Source of the DNA: an uncultured Bacteriovoracaceae bacterium
Lineage (GTDB): Bacteria > Bdellovibrionota > UBA2394
DNA: 64,000 bases
Direction: 5' to 3'
NCBI GenBank assembly: GCA_964655245.1
Contig: CAZZLQ010000004.1
Location: forward strand, 3,456-67,455
The translations under genes and the position numbers were made by a program. This document shows, piece by piece, positions 47,998-57,580 of the stretch (the stretch's first letter is position 1; each line of letters opens with the position of its first letter). Below the pieces are notes generated by a model. That model saw nothing but the letters and a program-made list of their open reading frames with translations, was not told where the DNA came from and ran no database searches.

Positions 47998-49026
47998 ATG
48001 AAAAGAGTTTTATTTCTGATTGGAGGGCGCTCGGGAGAGCATGAGATCTCTTTGATCTCAGCAAAGTATGTTTTGCAAAACTTAGATGCTCGCAAATACT
48101 CACCATTGGTTGTTGTCATTCAAAAGTCGGGTGCGATGACTTATATTGAGCCAGGCGCACTTTCGAAGCTTCCGAACAATCCCCTCGAAGTGAAGACTCC
48201 TCAGGGCGTCCTTGTTGAGATGAGGCCGTACTCAGCGGAGGGGCTGAAGCCGTGTTTGGTGGTTGAGGGGCAGCGCAAGGAATTCGATGTGGCGTTTCCA
48301 CTTCTTCATGGGCCGGGTGGCGAAGATGGTACGGTTCAAGGGATGTTTGAGTTTGCGGGTATTCCGGTTGTTGGATGCGGAGTGAAGGCTTCAGCTTTGT
48401 GTATGGATAAGGCTATGACCAAGAAGATTTGCCGCGATCATGATTTGCCCGTGGTTCCTTTTGTTGAGGTCTATCGGGGAGGGGTCATTCCACAGCTGCC
48501 TTGGAGTTTTCCAGTTTTTGTGAAGCCGGCTCATTTGGGCAGTAGCTTGGGAGTCACCAAAGTTAAATCGGCTGCGGACCTTAAGGCGGCGGTTGACGGG
48601 GCTCTTTCAATGGATGTGAAGGCCATGATTGAACCAGCGATCCTCGGTCGTGAAATCGAAGTGGCGGTTTATGGAAAGCGCGGTCAGTTGACGGCGAGTC
48701 CCCTTGGAGAAATCAGATGCAAAACCGAATTCTATTCCTATGAGGCTAAGTATGTTCATGCAGATGCCGCTGAGCTTTTGCTTCCAGCTCCTGTGACGGC
48801 GGATGAATCAGCTCGAGCTCAAAAGTTGGCCAAAGATGTGTTTGAGGCCCTCGATTGTGCTGGAATGGCGCGAGTGGATTTCTTTTTGACCCCCCAAGGG
48901 GAACTCTTTTTGAATGAGGTCAATACGATCCCCGGATTTACCCCCATCAGTATGTATCCCAAGATGATGAATTTGGCCGGAATAGCCTATTCTGAGCTCA
49001 TTTCCGGGCTGATTGATTTGGCCTGA
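47998..49026 (+). CDS. ddl: D-alanine--D-alanine ligase
   Basis: N-terminus MKRVLFLIGGRSGEHEISLISAKYV and an ATP-grasp C-terminus (EVNTIPGFT). Confidence 0.9.
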   Translation: MKRVLFLIGGRSGEHEISLISAKYVLQNLDARKYSPLVVVIQKSGAMTYIEPGALSKLPNNPLEVKTPQGVLVEMRPYSAEGLKPCLVVEGQRKEFDVAFPLLHGPGGEDGTVQGMFEFAGIPVVGCGVKASALCMDKAMTKKICRDHDLPVVPFVEVYRGGVIPQLPWSFPVFVKPAHLGSSLGVTKVKSAADLKAAVDGALSMDVKAMIEPAILGREIEVAVYGKRGQLTASPLGEIRCKTEFYSYEAKYVHADAAELLLPAPVTADESARAQKLAKDVFEALDCAGMARVDFFLTPQGELFLNEVNTIPGFTPISMYPKMMNLAGIAYSELISGLIDLA

Positions 49027-49034
49027 AGAGGGCG

Positions 49035-49074
49035 TTCTTTGGGGGCTCCAAAGCTTGTTTAAGGCCCCAAAGAA
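49035..49074. promoter_or_regulatory. Inverted repeat (10-bp arms ttctttgggg / ccccaaagaa, 20-nt spacer) in the ddl-lipA intergenic region; candidate terminator or operator
   Basis: Read directly. A ccaaag motif also recurs inside the spacer. Confidence 0.35.
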
Positions 49075-49081
49075 TGCTTAG

Positions 49082-50032
49082 ATGCCTTTTGTGCCGAGGC
49101 CTTTAAAACCAGTTAAAACAGCTCCTGGGACTGCGTCGGAGTCAACGAACCTCAAGAAGCCTGAATGGTTCAAAGTGAAGCTTCAGGAGTCAGAAAATTA
49201 CAAGACCATCGAAGGTCTGGTGACTCAACATGGTCTTGCCACCGTTTGCCGAGAAGCTCGCTGCCCGAACATCTACGAATGCTGGAATTCAGGAACGGCT
49301 ACTTTCATGTTGATGGGTGAAGTTTGCACTCGGGCTTGTAAATTTTGTCATGTGAAAACGGGTAATCCAAAACTCCTTTTGGATCCAATGGAGCCTCAAA
49401 AGATTCAAGACAGTGTCCGACTCTTGAATCTGAACTATGTTGTTTTGACGAGTGTGACTCGGGACGATTTGCCGGATGAAGGCTCGGCTCATTTTGCAGC
49501 TACGGTACGAGCGATTAAGCAACTGCCGAAGCATGTTTACGTTGAGACGCTCACGCCAGATTTTCGCCGGACCCAAGAGGCCTCAATTGCAAAAATGATT
49601 GAGTCGGGGGTTGATGTGTTGGCTCACAATGTGGAAACGGTGTCTCGCTTGGTTCCCTTCATTCGTGATGCTCGATGTAGTCATGAGCAGTCCCTGCGAT
49701 TTCACCAAACTGCAAAAGAACAAAAACCAGATTTGATTACAAAATCGTCCATTATGGTGGGTCTCGGAGAGTCTGAGGCTGAGGTCATCGAGACCATGAA
49801 AGAGTTGAGAGATGCGGCTGTGGACGTTGTGACCGTCGGTCAGTATTTGCAGCCCACCAAGAATCACCATCCCGTGATTCGTTATGTGACTCCCGATGAG
49901 TTTAAGAACTACGAGCGGATTGGTTTAGAGCTGGGTTTTCGATTTGTGGCTTCAGGCCCCATGGTGAGAAGTAGTTATCGAGCCGCAGAAGTTTTTATTG
50001 AAGGAGAGCTGCGAAAGCGAGCAAACGCTTAA
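49082..50032 (+). CDS. lipA: Lipoyl synthase
   Basis: Radical-SAM motif CTRACKFC, plus the N-terminal Cys cluster CPNIYEC. Confidence 0.9.
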   Translation: MPFVPRPLKPVKTAPGTASESTNLKKPEWFKVKLQESENYKTIEGLVTQHGLATVCREARCPNIYECWNSGTATFMLMGEVCTRACKFCHVKTGNPKLLLDPMEPQKIQDSVRLLNLNYVVLTSVTRDDLPDEGSAHFAATVRAIKQLPKHVYVETLTPDFRRTQEASIAKMIESGVDVLAHNVETVSRLVPFIRDARCSHEQSLRFHQTAKEQKPDLITKSSIMVGLGESEAEVIETMKELRDAAVDVVTVGQYLQPTKNHHPVIRYVTPDEFKNYERIGLELGFRFVASGPMVRSSYRAAEVFIEGELRKRANA

Positions 50033-50058
50033 GCGCTTACAACGATAGGAGAGAACGA

Positions 50059-51321
50059 ATGTTCACATTCAAATTGCCAGAACTTGGAGAAGGTCTTTCA
50101 GAAGGAGAGATCGTTGCGTGGAAAGTAAAAGAGGGCGATACGGTTCGCCAAGATCAGACCTTAGTGGAGGTTATGACTGACAAGGCAACGGTTGAAGTTC
50201 CGAGCCCTCGATCAGGAGTGGTGAAGAAGCTTTATTATAAAGCAGGAGATCTTGCGAAAGTTCACTCAGCGATTTGTGATATTGAAGAGTCTGGCACTGC
50301 GAGTAAAGCCGCTGAGCCCGTCAAGGCTACTGAGCCGGTGAAGGCCACCGAGCCCGCTCGCGTAGCGAGTATAGAAGTTCCCGCGGCCAAGTCAGCTCCT
50401 GCAGCTGTTGTTCCCGCACGAACCTCGGCTCCAAGCACTGAGCGAGTTTTGGCATCTCCAGCGGTCCGACGAATGGCTCGAGAGAAAAATATTGATCTTG
50501 CTCAGGTGAGCGGCAGTGGGGATCGAGGCAGAGTCTTACGAGCAGATCTTGAAGTGACAACAACCACCACGACAACGACTGTGACAACTTTTAAATCTCA
50601 GTTGCCGCAGCGTGAAGAGCGAGTGCCCTTTATTGGCATGCGACGAAAGATTGCTGATCGGTTGTCTGAGTCAGCGTTTACAGCTGTTCATTTCACTCAC
50701 TTTGATGAATGTGATTTTACCGAAATCATGAGACTTCGAGATGATGCCAATCGTGAAGCCGAGCGAAATGGTTTGCCGCGTCTGACGTATCTTCCGTTCT
50801 TCATCAAGGCATCGATTGCCGCTCTTAAGAAGTTTCCGATTTTGAATTCATCGTTGGATACAGCGACCAATGAGGTGGTGATCAAGCACTACTATAACTA
50901 CGGTATTTCGGTTCAGACAGATAACGGTCTGATGGTTGCCGTCGTTCGGGATTGCGATCAAAAGAGCATCTTTGAGCTCGCTAAGGAGATCAAAGAGGTT
51001 GTCGATCGTGCGCGTTCAGGCAAGGCAAGCATGCAAGATTTGAGTGGTTCGACAATTACCATCACGAATGTGGGTAATATCGGTGGATTGTATGCGACTC
51101 CTATTATCAATCATCCTGAGACTGTGATTCTTGGAATGTACCAAATCAAGAAGCGCCCCATCGTTAAGGAAATCAACGGCCAAGACCTGATTGTGTCGAA
51201 GCCCATGATGTACACCAACATTACATGTGATCACCGAATCATCGATGGAGCGATTGCTGCGGGTTATCTGCGCACCTTCTGTGAGTACATCGAAAATCCT
51301 GCCAAAATTGCGTTCATGTGA
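50059..51321 (+). CDS. Dihydrolipoamide acyltransferase (E2) of a 2-oxo acid dehydrogenase complex
   Basis: Lipoyl domain (VMTDKATVEVPSP), E3-binding domain (ASPAVRRMAREKNIDL) and catalytic domain (DHRIIDGA). The inter-domain linker is an unusual poly-Thr stretch. Confidence 0.85.
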   Translation: MFTFKLPELGEGLSEGEIVAWKVKEGDTVRQDQTLVEVMTDKATVEVPSPRSGVVKKLYYKAGDLAKVHSAICDIEESGTASKAAEPVKATEPVKATEPARVASIEVPAAKSAPAAVVPARTSAPSTERVLASPAVRRMAREKNIDLAQVSGSGDRGRVLRADLEVTTTTTTTTVTTFKSQLPQREERVPFIGMRRKIADRLSESAFTAVHFTHFDECDFTEIMRLRDDANREAERNGLPRLTYLPFFIKASIAALKKFPILNSSLDTATNEVVIKHYYNYGISVQTDNGLMVAVVRDCDQKSIFELAKEIKEVVDRARSGKASMQDLSGSTITITNVGNIGGLYATPIINHPETVILGMYQIKKRPIVKEINGQDLIVSKPMMYTNITCDHRIIDGAIAAGYLRTFCEYIENPAKIAFM

Positions 51322-51339
51322 GAGTGAAGGAGAGTTTTT

Positions 51340-52791
51340 ATGAAGAAGTTTGATGCCATTGTTATTGGTGCTGGTCCGGGTGGATATGTTTGTGCGATTC
51401 GGTTGGCTCAGCTTGGAAAAAAGACTGCGCTGATCGATCGAGATGCTCTTGGTGGGACATGCCTCAACTGGGGATGTATTCCTTCAAAGGCTCTCATTCA
51501 TGCGGGTCATGTTTACGAAACCATTCAGCATTCGGCTGATGAAATGGGGATCAAGGTCAAAGGCGTTGATATCGATTTCAAAAAGCTCCAAACCTGGAAG
51601 AACGGCGTTGTTCAAAAGCTGACCGGTGGGATTGCAGGTCTTTGCAAGCGTCACGGAATCGAAGTCTTCATGGGAACCGCGGAGTTTAAGTCCGCGCGCC
51701 AATTGGAAGTCACGATGGTGGATTCCAAGAAGAAGGAAACCCTCGAGTTTGATCGAGCAGTCATTGCAACAGGTTCTGACTCAGCTTCGATTCCAGGGGT
51801 TGTGGTTGATCACAAGGTGATTGTCACCAGTAAGGAAGCGCTCAATCTGCCCGAGATTCCGAAGAAAATGATTTTGATCGGTGGGGGAGTGATTGGTTTG
51901 GAATTGGGGAGTTTCTACTCCATGCTTGGAACAGAAGTTCGAGTGCTTGAGTACGCATCTCAAATTCTGCCTGGCACTGATTCGGATTTGGTCAAAGTTG
52001 TTGAGAAGTCTTTCCAATCTCGCGGAGCTTCTATTCATACGAACTTTAAGGTTTCTTCGGCGACGGTCAAAGGCAAGAAGGCCACAGTCAAAGGTACCAA
52101 CTCAAACGGCAAGGAAGAGAGCTTTGAAGCCGATATCGTTTTGGTCGCGACCGGTCGACGACCTTTCTCTCAATTTTTGGGTTTGGAAAAAGCGGGTCTT
52201 AAAGTGGATCAGCGTGGATGTATTCCGGTGAATCGATCTATGCAGACAGCCGTTCCCCATCTTTATGCGATTGGAGACATTACTCCGGGTCCGATGCTTG
52301 CTCATCGAGCTTCTCATGAGGCCATCATTGCGGCTGCTCACCTTGCTGGCGATTCCAAGGCGCAAGTGGATTACCGAGTTATTCCGGCGGCGATCTTTAC
52401 GGATCCTGAAATTGCATCCGTTGGAATTTCTGAAGGTGAAGCAAAAGCCAAAGGACTCAATGTCAAAGTAGGCAAGTTTCCTTTCGCAGCCTTGGGCCGA
52501 GCGCTTTCTAACAATCGCTCAGAGGGCTTCTGCAAGGTCATCGGTGATGCAAAGACGAATGATTTGCTGGGTGTTCACATTGTTGGACCTGAGGCCGGTA
52601 ACTTGATTGCCGAAGGTGCACTCGCCATTGAGATGGGTGCCAGCGTCGAGGATCTCACGTTGACGATTCACACTCATCCGACTTACCCCGAAGCCATCAT
52701 GGAAGCGGCGGAAAGCTACTATGGACATGCAATCCATGTTTTCCAGGGTGGTCACGCAGCTCGAGGTGAAAGTGTCGCTCGCGCAGGCTAA
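51340..52791 (+). CDS. lpdA: Dihydrolipoyl dehydrogenase (E3)
   Basis: FAD motif GAGPGGYVCA, redox disulfide GGTCLNWGCIPSK, and the HTHPT active-site region near the C-terminus. Confidence 0.9.
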   Translation: MKKFDAIVIGAGPGGYVCAIRLAQLGKKTALIDRDALGGTCLNWGCIPSKALIHAGHVYETIQHSADEMGIKVKGVDIDFKKLQTWKNGVVQKLTGGIAGLCKRHGIEVFMGTAEFKSARQLEVTMVDSKKKETLEFDRAVIATGSDSASIPGVVVDHKVIVTSKEALNLPEIPKKMILIGGGVIGLELGSFYSMLGTEVRVLEYASQILPGTDSDLVKVVEKSFQSRGASIHTNFKVSSATVKGKKATVKGTNSNGKEESFEADIVLVATGRRPFSQFLGLEKAGLKVDQRGCIPVNRSMQTAVPHLYAIGDITPGPMLAHRASHEAIIAAAHLAGDSKAQVDYRVIPAAIFTDPEIASVGISEGEAKAKGLNVKVGKFPFAALGRALSNNRSEGFCKVIGDAKTNDLLGVHIVGPEAGNLIAEGALAIEMGASVEDLTLTIHTHPTYPEAIMEAAESYYGHAIHVFQGGHAARGESVARAG

Positions 52792-52819
52792 TTCATCAGC
52801 GGCAGTCACTCTGTCGCCA

Positions 52820-53476
52820 GTGAAAGTAGCACCTGTTGAGCTAGTGGACTTTCTGTCAGTTCGTAAGCCGAACTATGAGTCCATCTGGGAGTTTCAGCGT
52901 CAGCGTGTTGAATCGATTGCTTTGGAAGAGTCTTCCGAATGCATTATCTTTTGTGAGCATGAGTTAGTCGCTACCAAAGGACGTAGAGCTAAATCAGAAA
53001 ATATTCTCGACCCTCAAGTAGCCATGTTTGAAATCGAGCGCGGTGGAGACGTGACGCTTCATGCGCCAGGTCAACTTGTGATCTATCCTCTTCTGAAGCT
53101 GAAAGGGACTCACTTTCCTCTGGGACTCAACGAATATCTGCGTTTTTGTGAAACAGTGTTGATTGAGTTTCTTTCGGGCGTTGGTTTAGAAGCTGGTCGC
53201 TTTGGCCCCACGGGCGTGTGGATCAAGCGAGCGAATGGTGAGGTCAAGAAGATCGCAAGTATCGGTGTCGCGGTTCGTCGGTGGATCACTTATCACGGGA
53301 TCGCATTGAACGTTTGTAATGATCTTGAAGATTTTAAGAGAATTCGCCCCTGTGATTTTGAGTGGAGTGTCATGACCTCACTCCGTGCCGAGGGCATTAA
53401 ACTCAGTGTTCACCAAGTCGCTGTGGAGCTTAAGAAGATCTTTACGAAGCATCTTAAGCCAGAAGCTTCACTATAA
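52820..53476 (+). CDS. lipB: Octanoyltransferase LipB
   Basis: LipB motifs (RGGDVTLHAPGQLV, KIASIGVAVRRWITYHGIALNV). The GTG at 52820 is the first start codon after the E3 stop. The track ORF extends 99 nt upstream into lpdA. Confidence 0.85.
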   Translation: MKVAPVELVDFLSVRKPNYESIWEFQRQRVESIALEESSECIIFCEHELVATKGRRAKSENILDPQVAMFEIERGGDVTLHAPGQLVIYPLLKLKGTHFPLGLNEYLRFCETVLIEFLSGVGLEAGRFGPTGVWIKRANGEVKKIASIGVAVRRWITYHGIALNVCNDLEDFKRIRPCDFEWSVMTSLRAEGIKLSVHQVAVELKKIFTKHLKPEASL

Positions 53477-53938
53477 ACCCGAAGCTGATTTCGCCCATTG
53501 CGATTTCGGTGGGAGTTCAAACGAGCCGAGTTCATGACTTACTTTTTTGAGGATGCTCTCCATCAGCTTAACGGCAATTGATGGAGTGTTTCTTTTGAGT
53601 TCGAGCCATCGTTGAGCGTTAAGGGCGTAGGCCTCAACGGGAGTCAGAGCGATCGCTGAGACTCTTTTTTGTGTCGGATGAATGAGAGACAGCTCTCCGA
53701 TTGTTGCGCCCTGCGAAACTTCAATAGAGTAGGCTTCTGCGCTGAGCTTGACCCTACCCGAAGCGATCAGAATGAGCTCGGCGATCTTCGATGTCCGATC
53801 AATCAAAGTTGAATTGATTTCGTAGGACCTAGGTTCCAAAAAATGAGCAAGAGCTGAGCGCTCATCCAAAGCCCAGTCTTGTAGTATCTCACAGGCATCT
53901 AACGTAACGAATCGACCCATAGATCTAGCATACGTCAA
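53471..53938 (-). CDS. Standalone cyclic nucleotide-binding (cNMP/CAP effector) domain protein
   Basis: About 150 aa, with a CAP-effector-like beta-roll pattern (GATIGELSLI...RVSAIALTPVEAYAL). No HTH. Confidence 0.65.
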   Translation of the reverse strand: MTYARSMGRFVTLDACEILQDWALDERSALAHFLEPRSYEINSTLIDRTSKIAELILIASGRVKLSAEAYSIEVSQGATIGELSLIHPTQKRVSAIALTPVEAYALNAQRWLELKRNTPSIAVKLMESILKKVSHELGSFELPPKSQWAKSASGL

Positions 53939-53957
53939 TGAGGGCGATCCTCGTCAA

Positions 53958-54353
53958 TCAGGACCGTTCAATGCCCAGAACCCAACGCCGATAGGGAATC
54001 ACAAGGAATGAGCCGAGCGTGCCGCCTAAGCAGTCCGCTAGAAAGTCGGCGAGCTCTACAGAGCGTCCAGGGGTCTGCGCTTGGTAGAGCTCATCAAGTG
54101 CTCCGTAGATGCAGACAATCACGATCGAGAGAAGGACGAAGCGTCGAAACTCATTCCAGCTGACATGAGAGCGATGAGTCGCAGTAAGAGCTCGAGCTAC
54201 CACGAGACCGAGCGCGGTATAAATCGCTAGGTGCACTAATTTGTCTATAAAGGGAAAATCAAGCGACGGAAGATCGCTCTGAGGAATGCTCGAGAGGTAA
54301 CGAATCGCTGCGAAGATGAGAAGGACGGGAATCCAATAGCGGGCTAACTTCAT
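53958..54353 (-). CDS. VanZ-family membrane protein
   Basis: Four TM helices, with conserved DKxxH...DExxQ...GR..DxxD residues. Confidence 0.6.
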   Translation of the reverse strand: MKLARYWIPVLLIFAAIRYLSSIPQSDLPSLDFPFIDKLVHLAIYTALGLVVARALTATHRSHVSWNEFRRFVLLSIVIVCIYGALDELYQAQTPGRSVELADFLADCLGGTLGSFLVIPYRRWVLGIERS

Positions 54354-55668
54354 TTACTTCCCCTAGTTGCCAAGAATGGGTTGCTTCGGTGACTTTGGCA
54401 AATAAAATTTGACCTTCACGAAATCCATCTTGAGGAGCCAGATGGACCAAGCGATTTTTGCGAGAGCGACCTGTCCATAGATTTGCATTCCACCTCGAGG
54501 GTCCCTCAAGCATGACCTCGATGGTCTGGTTGATATCTTCGCGATACTTGCGAGCTGATACATCACGTTGAACCTTGAGAAGTTCAGTGATTCGATCGGT
54601 CTTCTCTTGAGCACTCACGTCGTCTTCCATTTTTGCAGAGCGAGTGTAGTTACGAGTGCTGTATTTGAACGCGTAGACGTTGTCGAATTCGACTTCCTTG
54701 ATGACTCGCATCGTCTGCTGAAAATCTTCCGCGGTTTCCCCTGGAAACCCCACAATCACATCTGTTGAAAGAGAGATGTCAGGACGATACTTGCGGACAA
54801 GCTCCATTTTTTTGAGGAATGTTTCCGCCGTATAAAATCTTCGCATGCGGCGCAGAACGGAGTCTGAGCCAGCTTGGAAAGGAAGATGAAGATGCTCGCA
54901 AAGAATCGGTAGCTCAGCAAACGCTCGAGCGAGGTTTTCATCGAAATCTCGAGGATGAGACGTTGTGTAGCGCAGTCGAGCAAGACCCTTCAATGCACCA
55001 CCTTCGGATTCGTTTTGAAACATCTTGAGGAGATCGTAGAGCGAATGAAACGCGCCGGACTTTGATTTGCCCCAGTAGGAATTGACGTTTTGGCCAAGTA
55101 ACATGATCTCCTTAGCGCCTTTTTGGACGAGAGCAGCCGCTTCATCGATGAGCTCTTCAGGACTTCGGCTGACCTCTCGGCCGCGAGTGAAGGGGACGAT
55201 GCAATACGAGCAAAATTTATCACAACCATTTGTGATCGTGAGAAATGCTTGAGACTTCGACTCGGGTCTGGAAGACGGCAGGAGGAGATCAAAATCCTCA
55301 AGAGTTTCCCAATTTTTTTCAAAGGGTTCAATGAGTTGGGGTAGCTCACGGTAATTGTTTGTGCCGAAGGCAAAATCCAGAAACTTAAATCGACTGAGTA
55401 ACTTTGGTCCTTCTGTCTGTCCGACGCAGCCACCAAATCCAATCACCGTCGAAGGCTTTAGGCTTTTGATGGCGGAGAGTTTTCCCAAGAAGCTCAGTGC
55501 TTTGTTCTCAGACTTCTCGCGAACAGCGCAGGAGTTGATCAAGATGAGTTCCGCATCTTCCATTCGAGACGTGCGCTCAAAGCCCTTAGGACTCAGAATC
55601 TGAACCATTTGCTCGCTATCGTACTCGTTCATTTGACAGCCAAAAGTTTGAATAAAAACACGGCGCAT
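54259..55668 (-). CDS. miaB: tRNA-i6A37 methylthiotransferase MiaB
   Basis: MTTase N-terminus (FGCQMNEYDSE), radical-SAM CxxxCxxC (CDKFCSYC) and a TRAM domain. It has an about 30-aa C-terminal extension that overlaps the vanZ start by 95 nt. Confidence 0.9.
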   Translation of the reverse strand: MRRVFIQTFGCQMNEYDSEQMVQILSPKGFERTSRMEDAELILINSCAVREKSENKALSFLGKLSAIKSLKPSTVIGFGGCVGQTEGPKLLSRFKFLDFAFGTNNYRELPQLIEPFEKNWETLEDFDLLLPSSRPESKSQAFLTITNGCDKFCSYCIVPFTRGREVSRSPEELIDEAAALVQKGAKEIMLLGQNVNSYWGKSKSGAFHSLYDLLKMFQNESEGGALKGLARLRYTTSHPRDFDENLARAFAELPILCEHLHLPFQAGSDSVLRRMRRFYTAETFLKKMELVRKYRPDISLSTDVIVGFPGETAEDFQQTMRVIKEVEFDNVYAFKYSTRNYTRSAKMEDDVSAQEKTDRITELLKVQRDVSARKYREDINQTIEVMLEGPSRWNANLWTGRSRKNRLVHLAPQDGFREGQILFAKVTEATHSWQLGEVNEVSPLLDSRPSHLRSDSLPLEHSSERSSVA

Positions 55669-55907
55669 AACGACCGGCAGAAGCTAGCAAATTCGGGGGC
55701 TGCTTCAAAGGGGCACAGCGAGAAATCACCAAAAACTGGTTTTTAAGCCTCCATCATCTTTGCGGTTCGGCCCTGAAAAGTTTGCACTAAATCGCTCTAG
55801 GCTGCGTTTAAACAGGCCAGGAGCGCCCTTTGAGGGGGCCTGGGTTTTGCAGATTCTAGGCTTTGGGCGGTCTGTTGGCGTTGCGTTAAAAATGAGGTTT
55901 GACGATT

Positions 55908-56963
55908 ATGTCTGTTTTCAAGGCTTTCTTCAATTCTATTCAGGTTATTGCTGTCATTGGTGCTCTGACAGGGTGTGGAGCAGAGGAGGAGTTGCCTCCT
56001 GCTGTGATTAGTCCGACTTCTCCCGTTTCCGGGCCAGCGCCAAACACATTGATCAGATCGGACTTCGATCAAGATGCTTCTCCCGATTTTGTCATGACGT
56101 CTCAAGGCGTAATATCGATCTGGTTTATGAAGATTCTGAGCAATGTGCTGAGTCTTCAAAGCACCGCTCCTGTGGCGAGCATTCCCCCTGATTCTGCGGT
56201 CGTAGGATCGGCTGACTTTGATCGAGATGGAAAAATAGATCTCTTGATTTTGAATAACACTTCCAAAAAACTCTCGATTTTAAAACTGACCGGTGCAGCG
56301 GGATCAACCTATCAGTCCTCATTGCCCCTGACGACTTCCAACGGTGCTGCTGAGTTTTCGATTCCATCGAGCCATGTTGTGGCGGGTACTGTAGATTATG
56401 ACTTTGATGGTGATCCCGACATTCTCATTTGGAACGCTTTAGCAGGAAATGATCTTCGAATCTTGAAGTTTCAGGGGCGTCAATTTGTCAGTGAGGAAGT
56501 CCTCGTTGACTCTGCGAATAATCCAGCAGGTCCTGGGGCAGAATACCTGATCGTCGGTCTTTATGATTTCCCCTCTGAAAATCGTTGGAGAATTTTCTGG
56601 CAGGCCAAAACAAGTCATCCTACCGCTGGCACTGCAGGAACGATTTATCGCTGGTCGATGAATGGCAAACAGAAAGTCTCTGGAGAGACTGAGTCCGGCA
56701 TCATCCGAAACGTGAGTGATCCGCTCACCCCGATCAACTTGAAAGCCGCCTCTCCTTGGGTAGTCGCAGGTGTTCGCAAGTATCCAGGGGATGCCTCGAT
56801 CAGTATGATCTTGCAAAATCCAACGGCTCAGACTTCAAGCGCCTCTGACTACAAATATGTTCGTTGGAAGTTCAATGCCTCACTGGAGTACACGGGCTTT
56901 GAGTATGTGGCCGGAACAGCGTTGACCGTGGGCCAAACGCCTCCGTCAATTCAGCCCAATTAA
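55908..56963 (+). CDS. FG-GAP repeat (integrin-alpha-like beta-propeller) lipoprotein
   Basis: Lipoprotein signal (VIAVIGALTGC). Repeated Ca-binding-like DxDxDG loops (DFDQDASPDFVM, ADFDRDGKIDLLIL, VDYDFDGDPDILIW). Confidence 0.7.
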   Translation: MSVFKAFFNSIQVIAVIGALTGCGAEEELPPAVISPTSPVSGPAPNTLIRSDFDQDASPDFVMTSQGVISIWFMKILSNVLSLQSTAPVASIPPDSAVVGSADFDRDGKIDLLILNNTSKKLSILKLTGAAGSTYQSSLPLTTSNGAAEFSIPSSHVVAGTVDYDFDGDPDILIWNALAGNDLRILKFQGRQFVSEEVLVDSANNPAGPGAEYLIVGLYDFPSENRWRIFWQAKTSHPTAGTAGTIYRWSMNGKQKVSGETESGIIRNVSDPLTPINLKAASPWVVAGVRKYPGDASISMILQNPTAQTSSASDYKYVRWKFNASLEYTGFEYVAGTALTVGQTPPSIQPN

Positions 56964-57577
56964 GAACCTCGTACTTTATCAGAAATCTCGTTTTGATTAC
57001 TCGCTGATGCCGGAAAATGCGTCGAAAGCTCTACTTCGATTTCATCAAGGGTTCGTAAGAAACTTTCCCCCGCAGATAACTGAGAGAAGTCATTGGCCAA
57101 TTGCTGCCCAAGCAGAGCCCATCGACTGTCGGGAATGACTCTGAGTAAGCCTTTGTCTGCGAGAATAAAAGCAGAGCTCTCCATTTCTGATATGAAGATG
57201 AGAAGCCCCGTTCGATTCTTGGTGTTAAAAACCTCCTCCTGAAGAAACCACTGTGCGGCCTCATCTTGTACGGCTTCTAGAAAAACTCTTCGAGGAGTCA
57301 GCATGATGAGCAATCGTTTCCAGTGAAGAAGAAGCCAGGTCGCGATCGATGCAGCAATTGAGAAAAACCAGTGTGATGCATGAATAGAAGTGGGGGATGA
57401 GAGGTAGAGAGCATAGAGGCAGATGATTCCGGCCATCACACTCAAATTGAATCGCCATGCATAATAATCAGAAGATCTCTCGACAATCACAGGAACAATT
57501 TCAAGCTCGGATTTTCCCTCGATTTGAGAAATCTTTGCTTCGATCTTGTTTTTGAATTCATTCGTTAAATTTGACAT
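56960..57577 (-). CDS. TPM-domain-like protein with membrane segments (LemA/TPM operon member)
   Basis: It is third in the conserved lemA-TPM-TPM arrangement. Two hydrophobic helices. The assignment rests on operon context more than on motifs. Confidence 0.5.
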   Translation of the reverse strand: MSNLTNEFKNKIEAKISQIEGKSELEIVPVIVERSSDYYAWRFNLSVMAGIICLYALYLSSPTSIHASHWFFSIAASIATWLLLHWKRLLIMLTPRRVFLEAVQDEAAQWFLQEEVFNTKNRTGLLIFISEMESSAFILADKGLLRVIPDSRWALLGQQLANDFSQLSAGESFLRTLDEIEVELSTHFPASASNQNEISDKVRGS

Positions 57578-57580
57578 AGA

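Noticed and set aside
52721-52819. ORF-track start of lipB inside the lpdA 3' end
   Set aside because: There is no start codon between the E3 stop and the GTG at 52820. The upstream extension is just the open frame across the lpdA terminus.
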